Shown piece after piece: positions 41,578-51,040 of a stretch of DNA of 64,000 nt. Made by a program: the position numbers and the translations under genes. Within the stretch, counting starts at the first letter, position 1. Each line of letters starts with the position of its first letter. The notes beneath the pieces were generated by a model that was not told where the DNA came from, searched no databases, and saw nothing but the letters and a program-made list of their open reading frames with translations. The stretch comes from Myxococcota bacterium (lineage in GTDB: Bacteria; Myxococcota_A; UBA796; JAJRTE01; JBJTQF01), in contig JBJTQF010000024.1 in assembly GCA_046075485.1 (NCBI GenBank), forward strand, positions 2,197-66,196, in the 5' to 3' direction.

Positions 41578-42399
41578 ATGAACGTTTGGCATCCTCTACA
41601 CGTCGGGGGCCTGTATCGGAAGAGCCTGGCTGGGCTCCTGCTGCTCAGCAGCGCTTGCCATTTGGAGCTGCCGCAAGAGGTGGAGCGCCTCAAAGCCGCT
41701 CAGTCTCAGCTTGAGAGCCAAAACCGGAAACTGCAACAACAGCTCGTGGCAGAACAGCGAGAGAGTACCCGCCTGCGACGCCTGCTCCGCGAGCGCAGCA
41801 GCGAGCTGGTGGCCAGTCGCATGGGCATTCCTGATCCGGAGACCCAGCTCTTTGCCACCCTCAAGACCAGTCTGGGAGAGATCCGAATCCGATTGGACTG
41901 GAAAGAAGCCCCTTACACGGTGCAGAACTTCGTCGCATTGGCAGAAGGAGCGCGTGCTTGGCGGGATCCCAAGACCGGCGAGCAGGTCCGGCGTCCGTTT
42001 TATGACGGCTTAACCTTTCATCGGGTGATCCCGGGTTTTATGATCCAGACGGGAGATCCCAAAGCCGACGGCAGTGGTGGACCCGGTTATCAGTTTCCCG
42101 ATGAGCTGGTCGAAGGACGGCATCCCGACCGCGCCGGTTGGGTGGGGATGGCCAATACCGGCCCGGACACCAACGGCTCCCAGTTTTTTATCTTGGATGG
42201 GCCCGCCGTCGATTTGGAGGGCCGGCATACCCTCTTCGGAGAGGTGGCGCAGGGGCAAGAGGTGGTCACGAAGATTACCCAAGTGGAGCGAGATAAGGCC
42301 GATACACCCCTCACGCCGGTGACGCTGGAGAAGGTGCGCATCGAGCGGGTGCTGAGTACGGGCTCCCGCGATACCGGCTCCGATCATACGCCACGCTGA
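41578..42399 (+). CDS. Cyclophilin-type peptidyl-prolyl cis-trans isomerase carrying a lipoprotein signal and a ~70-aa coiled-coil linker
   Basis: The start MNVWHPLHVGGLYRKSLAGLLLLSSAC (lipobox) is followed by a heptad-like linker (ERLKAAQSQLESQNRKLQQQL...). The cyclophilin core is FHRVIPGFMIQTGDP...GWVGMANTGPDTNGSQFFI. Confidence 0.75.
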   Translation: MNVWHPLHVGGLYRKSLAGLLLLSSACHLELPQEVERLKAAQSQLESQNRKLQQQLVAEQRESTRLRRLLRERSSELVASRMGIPDPETQLFATLKTSLGEIRIRLDWKEAPYTVQNFVALAEGARAWRDPKTGEQVRRPFYDGLTFHRVIPGFMIQTGDPKADGSGGPGYQFPDELVEGRHPDRAGWVGMANTGPDTNGSQFFILDGPAVDLEGRHTLFGEVAQGQEVVTKITQVERDKADTPLTPVTLEKVRIERVLSTGSRDTGSDHTPR

Positions 42400-42519
42400 G
42401 CCGGGCTGAAGGAGCTGAGGGGGAAAACGTTAGGCGGCGCAGGACGGCAGGCGTAAAAGCGGAGACGTGGAGGGAACACCCACTGACGAAAAGTGGATGT
42501 TCCCTTCGTGCTGGATCGA

Positions 42520-44478
42520 TTACTGACCCGGTTTGATCTCGGTCTTCTTCTCGACCCCTTGTGGGGTGGTGGTCTCGGTGGAGGTCTTCTCGATCACATG
42601 GGTCTCGACGGGTTTGCCGTCCAGCTCAATGATGGTGAAGACCACGCGGCGGTTCTGCTCCTTACCTTTGGCGGTGGCATTGTCGGCCACGGGTTTGGTC
42701 TCGCCATAACCCACGGCCACCAGGCGGCTGGCATCGACGCCGAGGTTGACCAAGAACTTGACCACCTCATTGGCGCGGCGCTGGCTCAGCTCGAGGTTGG
42801 AGGCATCATCGCCGACGTTGTCGGTGTGGCCTTCGACGCGGATCTTGGTGATCTCCGGGTTGGCTTTGATGATCAGAGCCACTTGACGGAGCAAGCCAAA
42901 GCTGCGGGTCTGAATGGAGTCCTTACCCGTGTCGAAGTAGACCTTCTCCAAGATCTCCACGCGGTCTTTGGTCACTTGGACCAAACTCTTGCCTTCATCG
43001 GGGCAGCCGTCTTCGTCTTTATTTCCGTTGATGGTCTCCGGTTTACGCGGACACTGATCGGCGGCGTCTTTGATGCCGTCCTTATCGAAGTCATCTTCGG
43101 GGCAGCCGTCTTCGTCGCCGAGTCCGTCTTTATCTTCGGCGAACATCGGGCACTTATCATCCTTGTCGAGCACACCGTCGCCGTCGTTGTCGGGATCTTC
43201 GCAGCCATCGTTGTCGGCTACGTTGTCGCGGTCTTCCAGGGAGTCGGGGCACTTATCGTCTTTGTCGAGCACACCGTCGCCGTCGTTGTCTGGATCGTCG
43301 CAGCCGTCTTCATCCTTGAAGCCGTCTTTGTCTTCAGGCTGATCCGGGCACACGTCCATGCTGTCCAAGATGCCATCTTGATCGTTGTCGGGATCGGAGC
43401 AACCATCTTGATCCTGGAACTTATCCTTGTCCTCAGCTTCTTTCGGGCAGGCATCGTCCTTGTCGATGATGCCATCACCGTCGGTATCTTTGGGCGGTGC
43501 TTTGGCAGCGGGGGTGAGCGAATAACCCACGAAGAACCGGAACGTCGGCGTTCCATATCCTTCTGAGAGCCCCGGTCCCACACCCACTGTCAGCGCATGG
43601 GCGGGCATGGGGGTCAAGCGTGCGGCGATATTGGCCTCCAGCGGCACGAGCTGGGCGGCATACTCTCCGTTGTTTTCTGCATCGAGCTGTGCCGTGGTGT
43701 CGGCATCCACCCCTGCCTTGCCAAAGAGCTCGGCCAGCAGGGTCACTTTTTCGGGCATCAGGGCATATGCGGCACCCAGACCGAAGCTCAGCTCATTGCC
43801 GATGGGGAGGGTGTACAGGTCGGCATCGGTGCGCAGCACGTAGCCCACATTGGCACCCACTCGCACCTTCTCGGTGGTGTACTCCAGCAGCAGACGCGGC
43901 TCGATGGTGAGGTTGCCATTGCCTTCAAAGCTCAGCTTATCGCCGGTGGGCAGGCCAAACTGACCTTCCAGGCCCACGTTCAGGCCCTTATCCTCGGGCT
44001 TGAGCAGGTGCGCACGCGCGTGAAGGCGCACATCCCCCACGGTGCTGCTGGCGTAAGAAGGGGGTGGGAAAAACCCTTCTGAATCGACGACTTGAAGCAG
44101 AGAGACGGGCAGGGCGAGCCCCAGTTGTAAGCGGTTGAAGAGGCCCAAGCTGGCGACCAAGTCCGCTGCAAGGTGAGGGCCGACCAGTGCTTGCTCCAGA
44201 TCTCCGGCTGTGCTGGTGGCCACCAACGGGCGATGGCCATAGTTGAGCCACAGTCCTGCGGACGGTTGCAGATGCTTAAGTGTCGAAGCACCGGACACAT
44301 GGTTAAAGTTCAGCGTGGTGCCACCGGTCGGCTGAAACTGCTGAATGCTCACATTTTCGTATGGCACCGTCTGGGCCAGCAAAGGCAGAGGGCTGGTCAA
44401 GGCCAGACATGCACCGGCCAGGATCATTGATTTGCGTGTCATGTTCATCCTCTTGGCTTGGAGAGGTTGCGGCTGCAC
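42520..44478 (-). CDS. OmpA-family outer-membrane protein. It has an N-terminal beta-barrel, a central run of thrombospondin type 3 (TSP3) calcium-binding repeats, and a C-terminal OmpA peptidoglycan-binding domain.
   Basis: The signal peptide is MILAGACLALTSPLPLLAQT. TSP3 units are DTDGDGIIDKDDACP, DQDGCSDPDNDQDGILDSMDVCP, DEDGCDDPDNDGDGVLDKDDKCP (twice) and DEDGCPEDDFDKDGIKDAADQCP. The OmpA motif is RVEGHTDNVGDDASNLELSQRRANEV. Confidence 0.8.
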   Translation of the reverse strand: MQPQPLQAKRMNMTRKSMILAGACLALTSPLPLLAQTVPYENVSIQQFQPTGGTTLNFNHVSGASTLKHLQPSAGLWLNYGHRPLVATSTAGDLEQALVGPHLAADLVASLGLFNRLQLGLALPVSLLQVVDSEGFFPPPSYASSTVGDVRLHARAHLLKPEDKGLNVGLEGQFGLPTGDKLSFEGNGNLTIEPRLLLEYTTEKVRVGANVGYVLRTDADLYTLPIGNELSFGLGAAYALMPEKVTLLAELFGKAGVDADTTAQLDAENNGEYAAQLVPLEANIAARLTPMPAHALTVGVGPGLSEGYGTPTFRFFVGYSLTPAAKAPPKDTDGDGIIDKDDACPKEAEDKDKFQDQDGCSDPDNDQDGILDSMDVCPDQPEDKDGFKDEDGCDDPDNDGDGVLDKDDKCPDSLEDRDNVADNDGCEDPDNDGDGVLDKDDKCPMFAEDKDGLGDEDGCPEDDFDKDGIKDAADQCPRKPETINGNKDEDGCPDEGKSLVQVTKDRVEILEKVYFDTGKDSIQTRSFGLLRQVALIIKANPEITKIRVEGHTDNVGDDASNLELSQRRANEVVKFLVNLGVDASRLVAVGYGETKPVADNATAKGKEQNRRVVFTIIELDGKPVETHVIEKTSTETTTPQGVEKKTEIKPGQ

Positions 44479-44497
44479 CGAGCCTCCTCCCTATTGC

Positions 44498-47143
44498 TTA
44501 CGCCTGGGCCCCACGAGAGGTGCGGCGGCGGCGAGAAATCAGCCCCAGCAGACCAGCCACCAGCGCAAAGGTGCCTGTGCTGCTCCCCGAGTTTGCTCCT
44601 GTCATCGAGCAGCCAGTTCCCTGGATGACCAGGGCGTCATATGGCAGCTCATCACACTCATCCCCCAAGCCATCCTGATCCGAGTCGTATTGATCGGGGT
44701 TGGAGACATCACGGCAGTTATCTTCCGCTGCCAGCACGCCATCTTGATCGGCGTCGTCGTCGGTATCGTCGCAGACATTGCCTTTCCCGTCACCGTCGTC
44801 GTCGGCCTGATCTGCATTGCTGTTGAGCGGGCAGTTGTCGTCTTCGTTGGCGATCTTGTCACCATCGATATCCCCATCGCAGGCATCTCCGAGGTTATCT
44901 CCATCGACGTTGCCTTGATCGGTGTTGCTGAGGCTGGGGCAGTTGTCATCCGCATCCACAATCGTGTCATTATCGTCATCAGCATCGCAGGCATCCCCCT
45001 TGCCATCACGGTCGAGATCCTTTTGATCGACGTTCTTGACCGTCGGGCAGGTATCCACACTGTCGAGCACGCCGTCGTTGTCGCTGTCGAGGGCATCAAT
45101 GGTGCCGTCATCGTCAGAGTCCGCTGCTTCGTTGCCACCGCCATACTCTGCCAGGTCAGAGAGACCATCTTCATCCGTATCGTCCACAAACGGGTCCAAG
45201 TTTGCTTCATACTCGGTGGTATTGTCCAGCCCATCTTCGTCGGAATCGAAGGTCGAGCTGTCATCTACCCAGCCATCGCAGTCGTCGTCTTTGCCGTTTT
45301 CGCGCTCGGTCGCATCCACGTTGATGGCGGCATCTTCGTCATCGCAGTCATTTCCGCCCAGCGCGCTACAGTCGGCTGCTGACAAAAATCCATCGTCATC
45401 GCTGTCGAAGTTTTCGTCAATTGCTTCGTCACAGTCTTGGTCGATGCCATCGCAAATTTCCTGTTCTAGCGGACTGATTTCGGGGTTCAGGTCGTCGCAG
45501 TCTGCCACATCCACCGAGCCATCATTGTCGTCATCGGCATCCACACAGTCCGCATACGGATCGTCGTCGAAGTTGGAGAACCCTTCATCCACATTGTTGT
45601 CACAGTCGTTGTCGATGTCATCGCAGCTCTCGGTGGCACCTGGATAGGCTGCGTCAGAGGCGTCATTGCAGTCGGTCTGGCCAATCGGATTGCATACCGT
45701 GGAGATCGGGAATCCATCTTGATCAGAATCGGTCGCATCCACCATGCCATCGCAGTTGTTGTCCAGCTTGTCGCCGCAGACCTCGGTGGCTCCTGGTTTG
45801 GTGCTGGCCTCGCTGTCATCGCAGTCTCCTTGCACCTCGGTGAAGCCGTCTCCATCGTTGTCCACCTCCAAACAGCTCAGATCGCCGCCGGAGCAGTTTT
45901 GATCGATGCCATCCCCACAAATTTCAGCCACGTTGGGCGAGATTTTGCCATCTCGGTCGTTGCAGTCGCCGCCGTTTTCGCTCACCCCGTCCCCGTCGTT
46001 GTCTTGATCGGCGCAGCTTAGGTCGGCCCCGGAGCAGTCTTGGTCGATCAGATCGCCACAGGTCTCCGGTGCGCCCGGATAGATGCTGTTGCTGAGATCG
46101 TTGCAGTCTCCTTCGCCGATGGTGAAGCCATCGCGGTCGGAGTCCCCCACTTCGCAGACGGCGTCTCCGCCAGAGCAGTTGTCATCCAGGAGGTTGCCAC
46201 AGATCTCGGTTGCGCCCGGATGCACGGCATTGTTGGAGTCATTGCAGTCCGTTCCGCTGGCACCACCGGGATAACCATCGTTGTCGAGGTCGTTGAGATC
46301 CGCGCCTGAGCAGTCCTGATCGATGCCATCGTAAGGCACTTCGGCGGCCCCGTCAAAGATGGTGATTTCGTCGTCGTTGCAGTCACCTTCGGCTGCTGTT
46401 TGGCCATCACCATCGTTGTCATAGGGGACGCAGCCCAGCGCGGTGCAGAGCAGATAGTCCGAGATGCTGTCTTCAATCCGGGTGCTGGTGCCGTTGAGCA
46501 GGTCGCGGGAGAGGGTATTGACCAGCTCCGTGGTGCCAAACACAAACCGCAAGGGTCTGGCAATATCCACTTGGGTATAACCCAGCTCGCGGAGCGGAAT
46601 GGCCCAGTCCACAAAATAGTCCGCATCACCGTTGATGGAGCTGTCCGCCAGCTCCACCCGCGCATGTTTGCTTGCCACAAATGAGGCAATAAAGCTCTCA
46701 GACAGATCCCGTGGCGAATTTGGCGTGGCTTGGATCAGATTCTCGTATAGCTCCACCTGATCAGGAGAGGCAAACCCGTTGAGGGTGGCAATCGCTTCGT
46801 AATCGTCGGAGTCCTTATCTCCGTCGAACTCCACGCCCCAGCCGTAGTCGTTAAAGTTGGTGCTCGAGAGCTGGGGATCGGCATCCAAGCGCATGCGAAA
46901 GTACAAAAAGTCGGCATCCCGATAGGCGTAAACGCTGGGTGCGCTGGAGCTGCCCACAATGTCGCGGTGATCGACATAGTCGCCGGTCACATCGGTGAGG
47001 GGTTGTCCTTTGTGGGTCAGCGGTTCCCAATCCTCATCTTGCGCCGGAAAGGCAGGCAGCGCATGTGCCGCATTGGGGAGCCAGGCCATCACGCCCACGG
47101 AGGCCCCCATCAGGGCCGATAAAGCAACATTTCTTTTCATCAT
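44498..47143 (-). CDS. Large secreted repeat protein. It has an N-terminal globular domain, then MopE-type Cys-rich repeats, then TSP3-like repeats, and ends in a MYXO-CTERM sorting signal.
   Basis: The signal peptide is MMKRNVALSALMGASVGVMAWLPNAAHA. Repeats include CNDDEITIFDGAAEVPYDGIDQDCSG and CDGIDQDCDEAIDE, followed by DNCPSLSNTDQGNVDGDNLGDACD and DNCRDVSNPDQYDSDQDGLGDECDE. The C-terminus is GTGCSMTGANSGSSTGTFALVAGLLGLISRRRRTS. Confidence 0.7.
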   Translation of the reverse strand: MMKRNVALSALMGASVGVMAWLPNAAHALPAFPAQDEDWEPLTHKGQPLTDVTGDYVDHRDIVGSSSAPSVYAYRDADFLYFRMRLDADPQLSSTNFNDYGWGVEFDGDKDSDDYEAIATLNGFASPDQVELYENLIQATPNSPRDLSESFIASFVASKHARVELADSSINGDADYFVDWAIPLRELGYTQVDIARPLRFVFGTTELVNTLSRDLLNGTSTRIEDSISDYLLCTALGCVPYDNDGDGQTAAEGDCNDDEITIFDGAAEVPYDGIDQDCSGADLNDLDNDGYPGGASGTDCNDSNNAVHPGATEICGNLLDDNCSGGDAVCEVGDSDRDGFTIGEGDCNDLSNSIYPGAPETCGDLIDQDCSGADLSCADQDNDGDGVSENGGDCNDRDGKISPNVAEICGDGIDQNCSGGDLSCLEVDNDGDGFTEVQGDCDDSEASTKPGATEVCGDKLDNNCDGMVDATDSDQDGFPISTVCNPIGQTDCNDASDAAYPGATESCDDIDNDCDNNVDEGFSNFDDDPYADCVDADDDNDGSVDVADCDDLNPEISPLEQEICDGIDQDCDEAIDENFDSDDDGFLSAADCSALGGNDCDDEDAAINVDATERENGKDDDCDGWVDDSSTFDSDEDGLDNTTEYEANLDPFVDDTDEDGLSDLAEYGGGNEAADSDDDGTIDALDSDNDGVLDSVDTCPTVKNVDQKDLDRDGKGDACDADDDNDTIVDADDNCPSLSNTDQGNVDGDNLGDACDGDIDGDKIANEDDNCPLNSNADQADDDGDGKGNVCDDTDDDADQDGVLAAEDNCRDVSNPDQYDSDQDGLGDECDELPYDALVIQGTGCSMTGANSGSSTGTFALVAGLLGLISRRRRTSRGAQA

Positions 47144-47602
47144 GGTCTCAACCTAAAGATGGGTTATGCACAGATAGTAGAGGTGCCGAGGACTGCCCTC
47201 TTAAACCAGCCGCTGCTATGCAAGCAGTGTGCCGCTCAAGCCGCAAGGGCCCGTGACATCGTTACTCCGGTCAACACGAGCTGCCAGGTGCAGGCTCATG
47301 GTCGAGCTCCGGCACCGCGTACACTTTATGCGCCGCGAGCTGCCATGCAGTGCTGCGAATGTCTCGAGCGGGGTGTCTCGTGATGTCTCAGAAGTGTCTC
47401 ATCGTTTTCTCTCTGATGTCTCACCGTCTCAGACACTCCAACTTGCCGTTACGACCGGAAATGTACGGCAAGCGCTGGAACGATAGCACAGAGCTTGGTA
47501 GAGAACAGCGGTCTTTTTTGGATGCGTTCATGCAAGAGGCATGTTAATAACAGATCTCCATGTCCTCATAGGAATGAACCATGTCCGTGGTGGGAGGTGC
47601 TT

Positions 47603-48781
47603 GTGTTTGCCAGTGCTGCTATTCCTCCTGAGCCGGGGATTCTCTCCGTGTCTGCTTTTGCCCGCCTGCTCACCCGCATCCGCGAGGCGGGTTATACGCT
47701 GGTCGGCCCAACCGTGCGGGAAGGGGCCATCGTTTTGGACACCCTCGAGGGGGTAGATGACTTGCCCATCGGCTGGCAAGAAACACAAGATGCGGGTCAG
47801 TATCGGCTGCATCGTCTGGAGACGCCCACCTATTTTGGATTTTCTCAAGGCCCACACGCTTGGAAAAAGTACCTGCATCCCCCTCGGCTGAAGCTCTTCT
47901 CGGCCAAGAAGACCCCACAAGGTTTTGAGATCACCTCGAGTCGGCCTCCCGTGACCCGATATGCCTTCTTGGGGCCTCGTGCGTGTGATCTGCACGCGAT
48001 GGAAAAACAGGCCGCTGTTTTTGCCAGTGCGACCCAGCCCGATCCCACCTACGCTCAGACCCTTGAGCAGGCGTTGGTGGTGGCCGTGAGCTGCACCCGC
48101 TCCGGTGGCACTTGTTTTTGCACCTCCATGAACACGGGCCCCTCGGTGGAAGGGCTCGCGCGTTCGAGCGAGCGGCGCGCCGGTTACGATCTGGCTCTCA
48201 CCGAATATCTGGCAGTAGATCGGCACTTCTTCTGGGTGGAGCTGGGCTCCGAGCGGGGGCGGGCGCTGGTGGAGGGACTGACTTCTCCGGGCACACAAGA
48301 AATGGAGCTTCAGGCCAAAACTCAGGTGGTGGAGGCTGCGCGGACTCAGACTCGGCATCTGCACACCGAAGGGCTGCGGGAAGCCTTACGCGCCGAGGCA
48401 AACAGTCCTCGCTGGCAGGAGATTGCTCAGCGTTGTCTGAGCTGTGGGAGCTGTACCCTGGTGTGTCCCACCTGTTTTTGTCACTCGGTGGAGGATACTT
48501 CCGACGTGACCGGTGAGCATGCCGAGCGGTGGCGGCGCTGGGACTCCTGTTTCACTCAGGATTTTTCGTATATCCACGGCGGCGGTGTGCGGCAGGAGGG
48601 GGCTTCACGGTATCGACAGTGGTTGACCCACAAGCTCTCGACCTGGTTTGATCAGTTTGGCAGCTCTGGTTGTGTGGGGTGTGGCCGCTGCATTGCGTGG
48701 TGTCCGGTGGGCATCGACATCACCCAGGAGGCGGAGGGGTTTCGCTTGGCGTCGTTGGCCCGTCCTACTTCGGCGGTTTGA
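47603..48781 (+). CDS. hyhB: Group 3b [NiFe]-hydrogenase beta subunit (AsrA-like iron-sulfur subunit)
   Basis: The GTG at 47603 has a GGGAGG sequence 5 nt upstream; the track's longer N-terminus looks spurious. The Fe-S Cys motifs are CLSCGSCTLVCPTC and CVGCGRCIAWCP. It occupies the first position of a beta-gamma-delta-alpha gene order, like sulfhydrogenase hydBGDA. Confidence 0.6.
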   Translation: MFASAAIPPEPGILSVSAFARLLTRIREAGYTLVGPTVREGAIVLDTLEGVDDLPIGWQETQDAGQYRLHRLETPTYFGFSQGPHAWKKYLHPPRLKLFSAKKTPQGFEITSSRPPVTRYAFLGPRACDLHAMEKQAAVFASATQPDPTYAQTLEQALVVAVSCTRSGGTCFCTSMNTGPSVEGLARSSERRAGYDLALTEYLAVDRHFFWVELGSERGRALVEGLTSPGTQEMELQAKTQVVEAARTQTRHLHTEGLREALRAEANSPRWQEIAQRCLSCGSCTLVCPTCFCHSVEDTSDVTGEHAERWRRWDSCFTQDFSYIHGGGVRQEGASRYRQWLTHKLSTWFDQFGSSGCVGCGRCIAWCPVGIDITQEAEGFRLASLARPTSAV

Positions 48782-48873
48782 TTGGATTCCGCCCTGTTGT
48801 GACGGGCTCGAGGGGCTTTTTGAGGTGAGGGCCCCTCTTTTTTATCCATCGTGAGAGATAGAGGATATATCGT

Positions 48874-49332
48874 ATGATCGATCCCACCCTTATTTTGGAG
48901 CAGGCCCTCTTTCGGGGGCTGACCCCTGAGCAGGCCCAGCGGGTGGCCGAGCACGCTTCGCTGCGGAGCTTCGAGCCGGGGAAATATCTGTTTCACGAGG
49001 GGGAAGCGGCGGAGGTGCTGCATCTGGTGCGCTTTGGCCGCGTGGCACTTCAGCTTGTGGTGCCGGGGCGTGGGGCGCAGCTTCTTCAGACCTTACGGCC
49101 CGGGGAGGTCTTGGGCTTGTCGTGGATGCAGGCTCAACCGCGCTGGCTCTTTGATGCGCGTGCGCAGGAGCTCACCCGGACCCTCACCCTTCATGCGCCG
49201 AACCTGATCCAGATCATGGAGCAGGATCCGGCCCTGGGTTATACCTTGATGCGTCGTTTGGCGCTCGAGATGGGCTCCCGCTTGCAGGCCGCTCGGCTCC
49301 AGCTCTTGGATCTCTATGACGAAAAACGGTGA
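48874..49332 (+). CDS. Stand-alone cyclic-nucleotide-binding-domain protein (Crp/FNR-type cNMP-binding fold, no HTH), embedded between hyhB and hyhG
   Basis: The 152-aa product fits the cNMP-binding beta-roll pattern (LFRGLTPEQAQRVAEHASLRSFEPGKYLFHEGEAAEVLHLVRFGRVAL...LRPGEVLGLSW...). It lacks the canonical phosphate-binding RS/TA motif (it has PRWL instead) and lacks any DNA-binding domain. Confidence 0.55.
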   Translation: MIDPTLILEQALFRGLTPEQAQRVAEHASLRSFEPGKYLFHEGEAAEVLHLVRFGRVALQLVVPGRGAQLLQTLRPGEVLGLSWMQAQPRWLFDARAQELTRTLTLHAPNLIQIMEQDPALGYTLMRRLALEMGSRLQAARLQLLDLYDEKR

Positions 49333-49340
49333 GGCATCCC

Positions 49341-50219
49341 ATGACGTTTGAAGTGCCTGCTCAGCCCTGGACCCAAGACCTGCCGACCGCCCTCGCTGCT
49401 CCGATGGTGCCGGTGCCTTATCAGATCCTGAGCCGTCGGCAAGAGAACGACGACAACTTTACCCTGGAGCTTGCGCCGGTGGGTGGAGGCCCTCATCCTG
49501 GTTTCCAGCCTGGCCAGTTTAACATGCTCTATGTGTTTGGCGTGGGGGAGGTGCCGATCTCGTTTAGTGGTCCTTCGCACGATCCCAACAAGATGGTGCA
49601 TACCATTCGAGTGGTGGGAGCGACTACCCGAGCGTTGGGCCAGCTCAAGCGGGGCGAGGTGGTGGGCCTTCGAGGGCCCTTCGGGGTGCCTTGGCCGATG
49701 GCGCAGGCCCTGCATAAAGATGTGGTGTTGGTCGTGGGTGGGGTGGGACTGGCTCCGTTGAGACCGGTGATCTACGCGGTGTTGCATCAGCGGGCGCTCT
49801 TTGGGCGGCTGGTGATCTTATACGGCGCACGCACGCCCAAGGAGCTGCTCTTTACCCGCGAGCTGTCCCGCTGGGCCGGTTTGCGAGGGGTGCAGGTGGA
49901 AGTCACGGTGGATCGGGCGGCGGAAGGCTGGACCGGTCATGTCGGTGTGGTGCCCGCGCTGGTGCAGGATGCTCAGTTTGATCCCCATCATACGATTGCC
50001 ATGACCTGCGGCCCAGAGGTCATGATGCGTTTTTCTGCCCGCGCTTTACTTGCCAAAGGCATGAAAAAAGAGGACATCTACTTTTCGATGGAGCGCAACA
50101 TGAAGTGCGCCATTGGTCAGTGTGGCCGGTGTCAGTGGGGCCCTCATTTTATGTGCAAAAATGGCCCTGTTTTTGCATTCAACCGCATCGAAGAGCTGCT
50201 CGCCATCAAGGAGCTTTAA
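49341..50219 (+). CDS. hyhG: Group 3b [NiFe]-hydrogenase gamma subunit (AsrB-like FAD/NAD(P)-binding, [2Fe-2S])
   Basis: The ATG at 49341 follows a GGTGAGG sequence. It has an FNR-like fold ([17 protein letters not shown]-terminal Cys cluster [17 protein letters not shown]). It is contiguous with the small-subunit gene. Confidence 0.7.
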   Translation: MTFEVPAQPWTQDLPTALAAPMVPVPYQILSRRQENDDNFTLELAPVGGGPHPGFQPGQFNMLYVFGVGEVPISFSGPSHDPNKMVHTIRVVGATTRALGQLKRGEVVGLRGPFGVPWPMAQALHKDVVLVVGGVGLAPLRPVIYAVLHQRALFGRLVILYGARTPKELLFTRELSRWAGLRGVQVEVTVDRAAEGWTGHVGVVPALVQDAQFDPHHTIAMTCGPEVMMRFSARALLAKGMKKEDIYFSMERNMKCAIGQCGRCQWGPHFMCKNGPVFAFNRIEELLAIKEL

Positions 50220-50221
50220 AA

Positions 50222-51040
50222 ATGGCCTCCAAGCGACGTCCCAAGCTGGCGGTGTGGAAGTTTGCTTCCTGTGATGGCTGCCAGCTCAGCCTGCTGGATT
50301 GTGAAGATGAGCTGCTGGCCGTGGCGGATGCGGTGCAGATTGCCAACTTCCCCGAAGCCTCTCGTGCAGTGGTCAAGGGCCCTTACGATCTCTCCTTGGT
50401 CGAGGGCTCGGTGACCACGCCTCATGACCTCGAGCGCATCCAACAGATCCGGGCACAGTCGAAGGTCTTGATCACCATCGGGGCCTGTGCCACCGCAGGC
50501 GGGGTGCAGGCGCTGCGTAATTTCCAGGATGTCAAAGCCTTCACTTCCATCGTGTATGCGCGCCCGGAGTACATTCACACCCTTGCCACATCAACGCCCA
50601 TCGCGCACCATGTGAAGGTCGATTTTGAGCTCAACGGTTGCCCGATCAATAAAAAGCAGCTCATCGAGGTGCTGAGTGCCTTTTTGATCGGGCGAAAGCC
50701 AGTCACACCCTCCCATGCGGTGTGTGTGGAGTGTAAGCTCAAGGGGAATGTGTGTGTGACGGTGGCACATGGCACGCCCTGCTTGGGGCCCGTGACCCAT
50801 GCGGGCTGTGATGCCCTCTGTCCGAGTTTTGCCCGGGGATGTTTTGGCTGTTATGGTCCGATGGACAGTGCCAATGCCCCCGCGCTGGTTCAACATCTTC
50901 AAGCCTCGGGACAAGCGCCCGAGAGCCTGCTGCGTGCCTTCCGCACCTACAACACCCAAGCGCCGGCCTTTGCAGCCGTGGCCGCGCAGCTTGAAGCGGC
51001 GATTGCCGCCTCCGCACAAACAAAGGGGCTCGAAGTATGA
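50222..51040 (+). CDS. hyhS: [NiFe]-hydrogenase small (delta) subunit, group 3
   Basis: An AAGGAG RBS sits 8 nt before the ATG at 50222. The N-terminal proximal-cluster motif is [16 protein letters not shown]. Further Cys motifs are [40 protein letters not shown]. Its stop overlaps the large-subunit start (ATGA). Confidence 0.8.
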   Translation: MASKRRPKLAVWKFASCDGCQLSLLDCEDELLAVADAVQIANFPEASRAVVKGPYDLSLVEGSVTTPHDLERIQQIRAQSKVLITIGACATAGGVQALRNFQDVKAFTSIVYARPEYIHTLATSTPIAHHVKVDFELNGCPINKKQLIEVLSAFLIGRKPVTPSHAVCVECKLKGNVCVTVAHGTPCLGPVTHAGCDALCPSFARGCFGCYGPMDSANAPALVQHLQASGQAPESLLRAFRTYNTQAPAFAAVAAQLEAAIAASAQTKGLEV

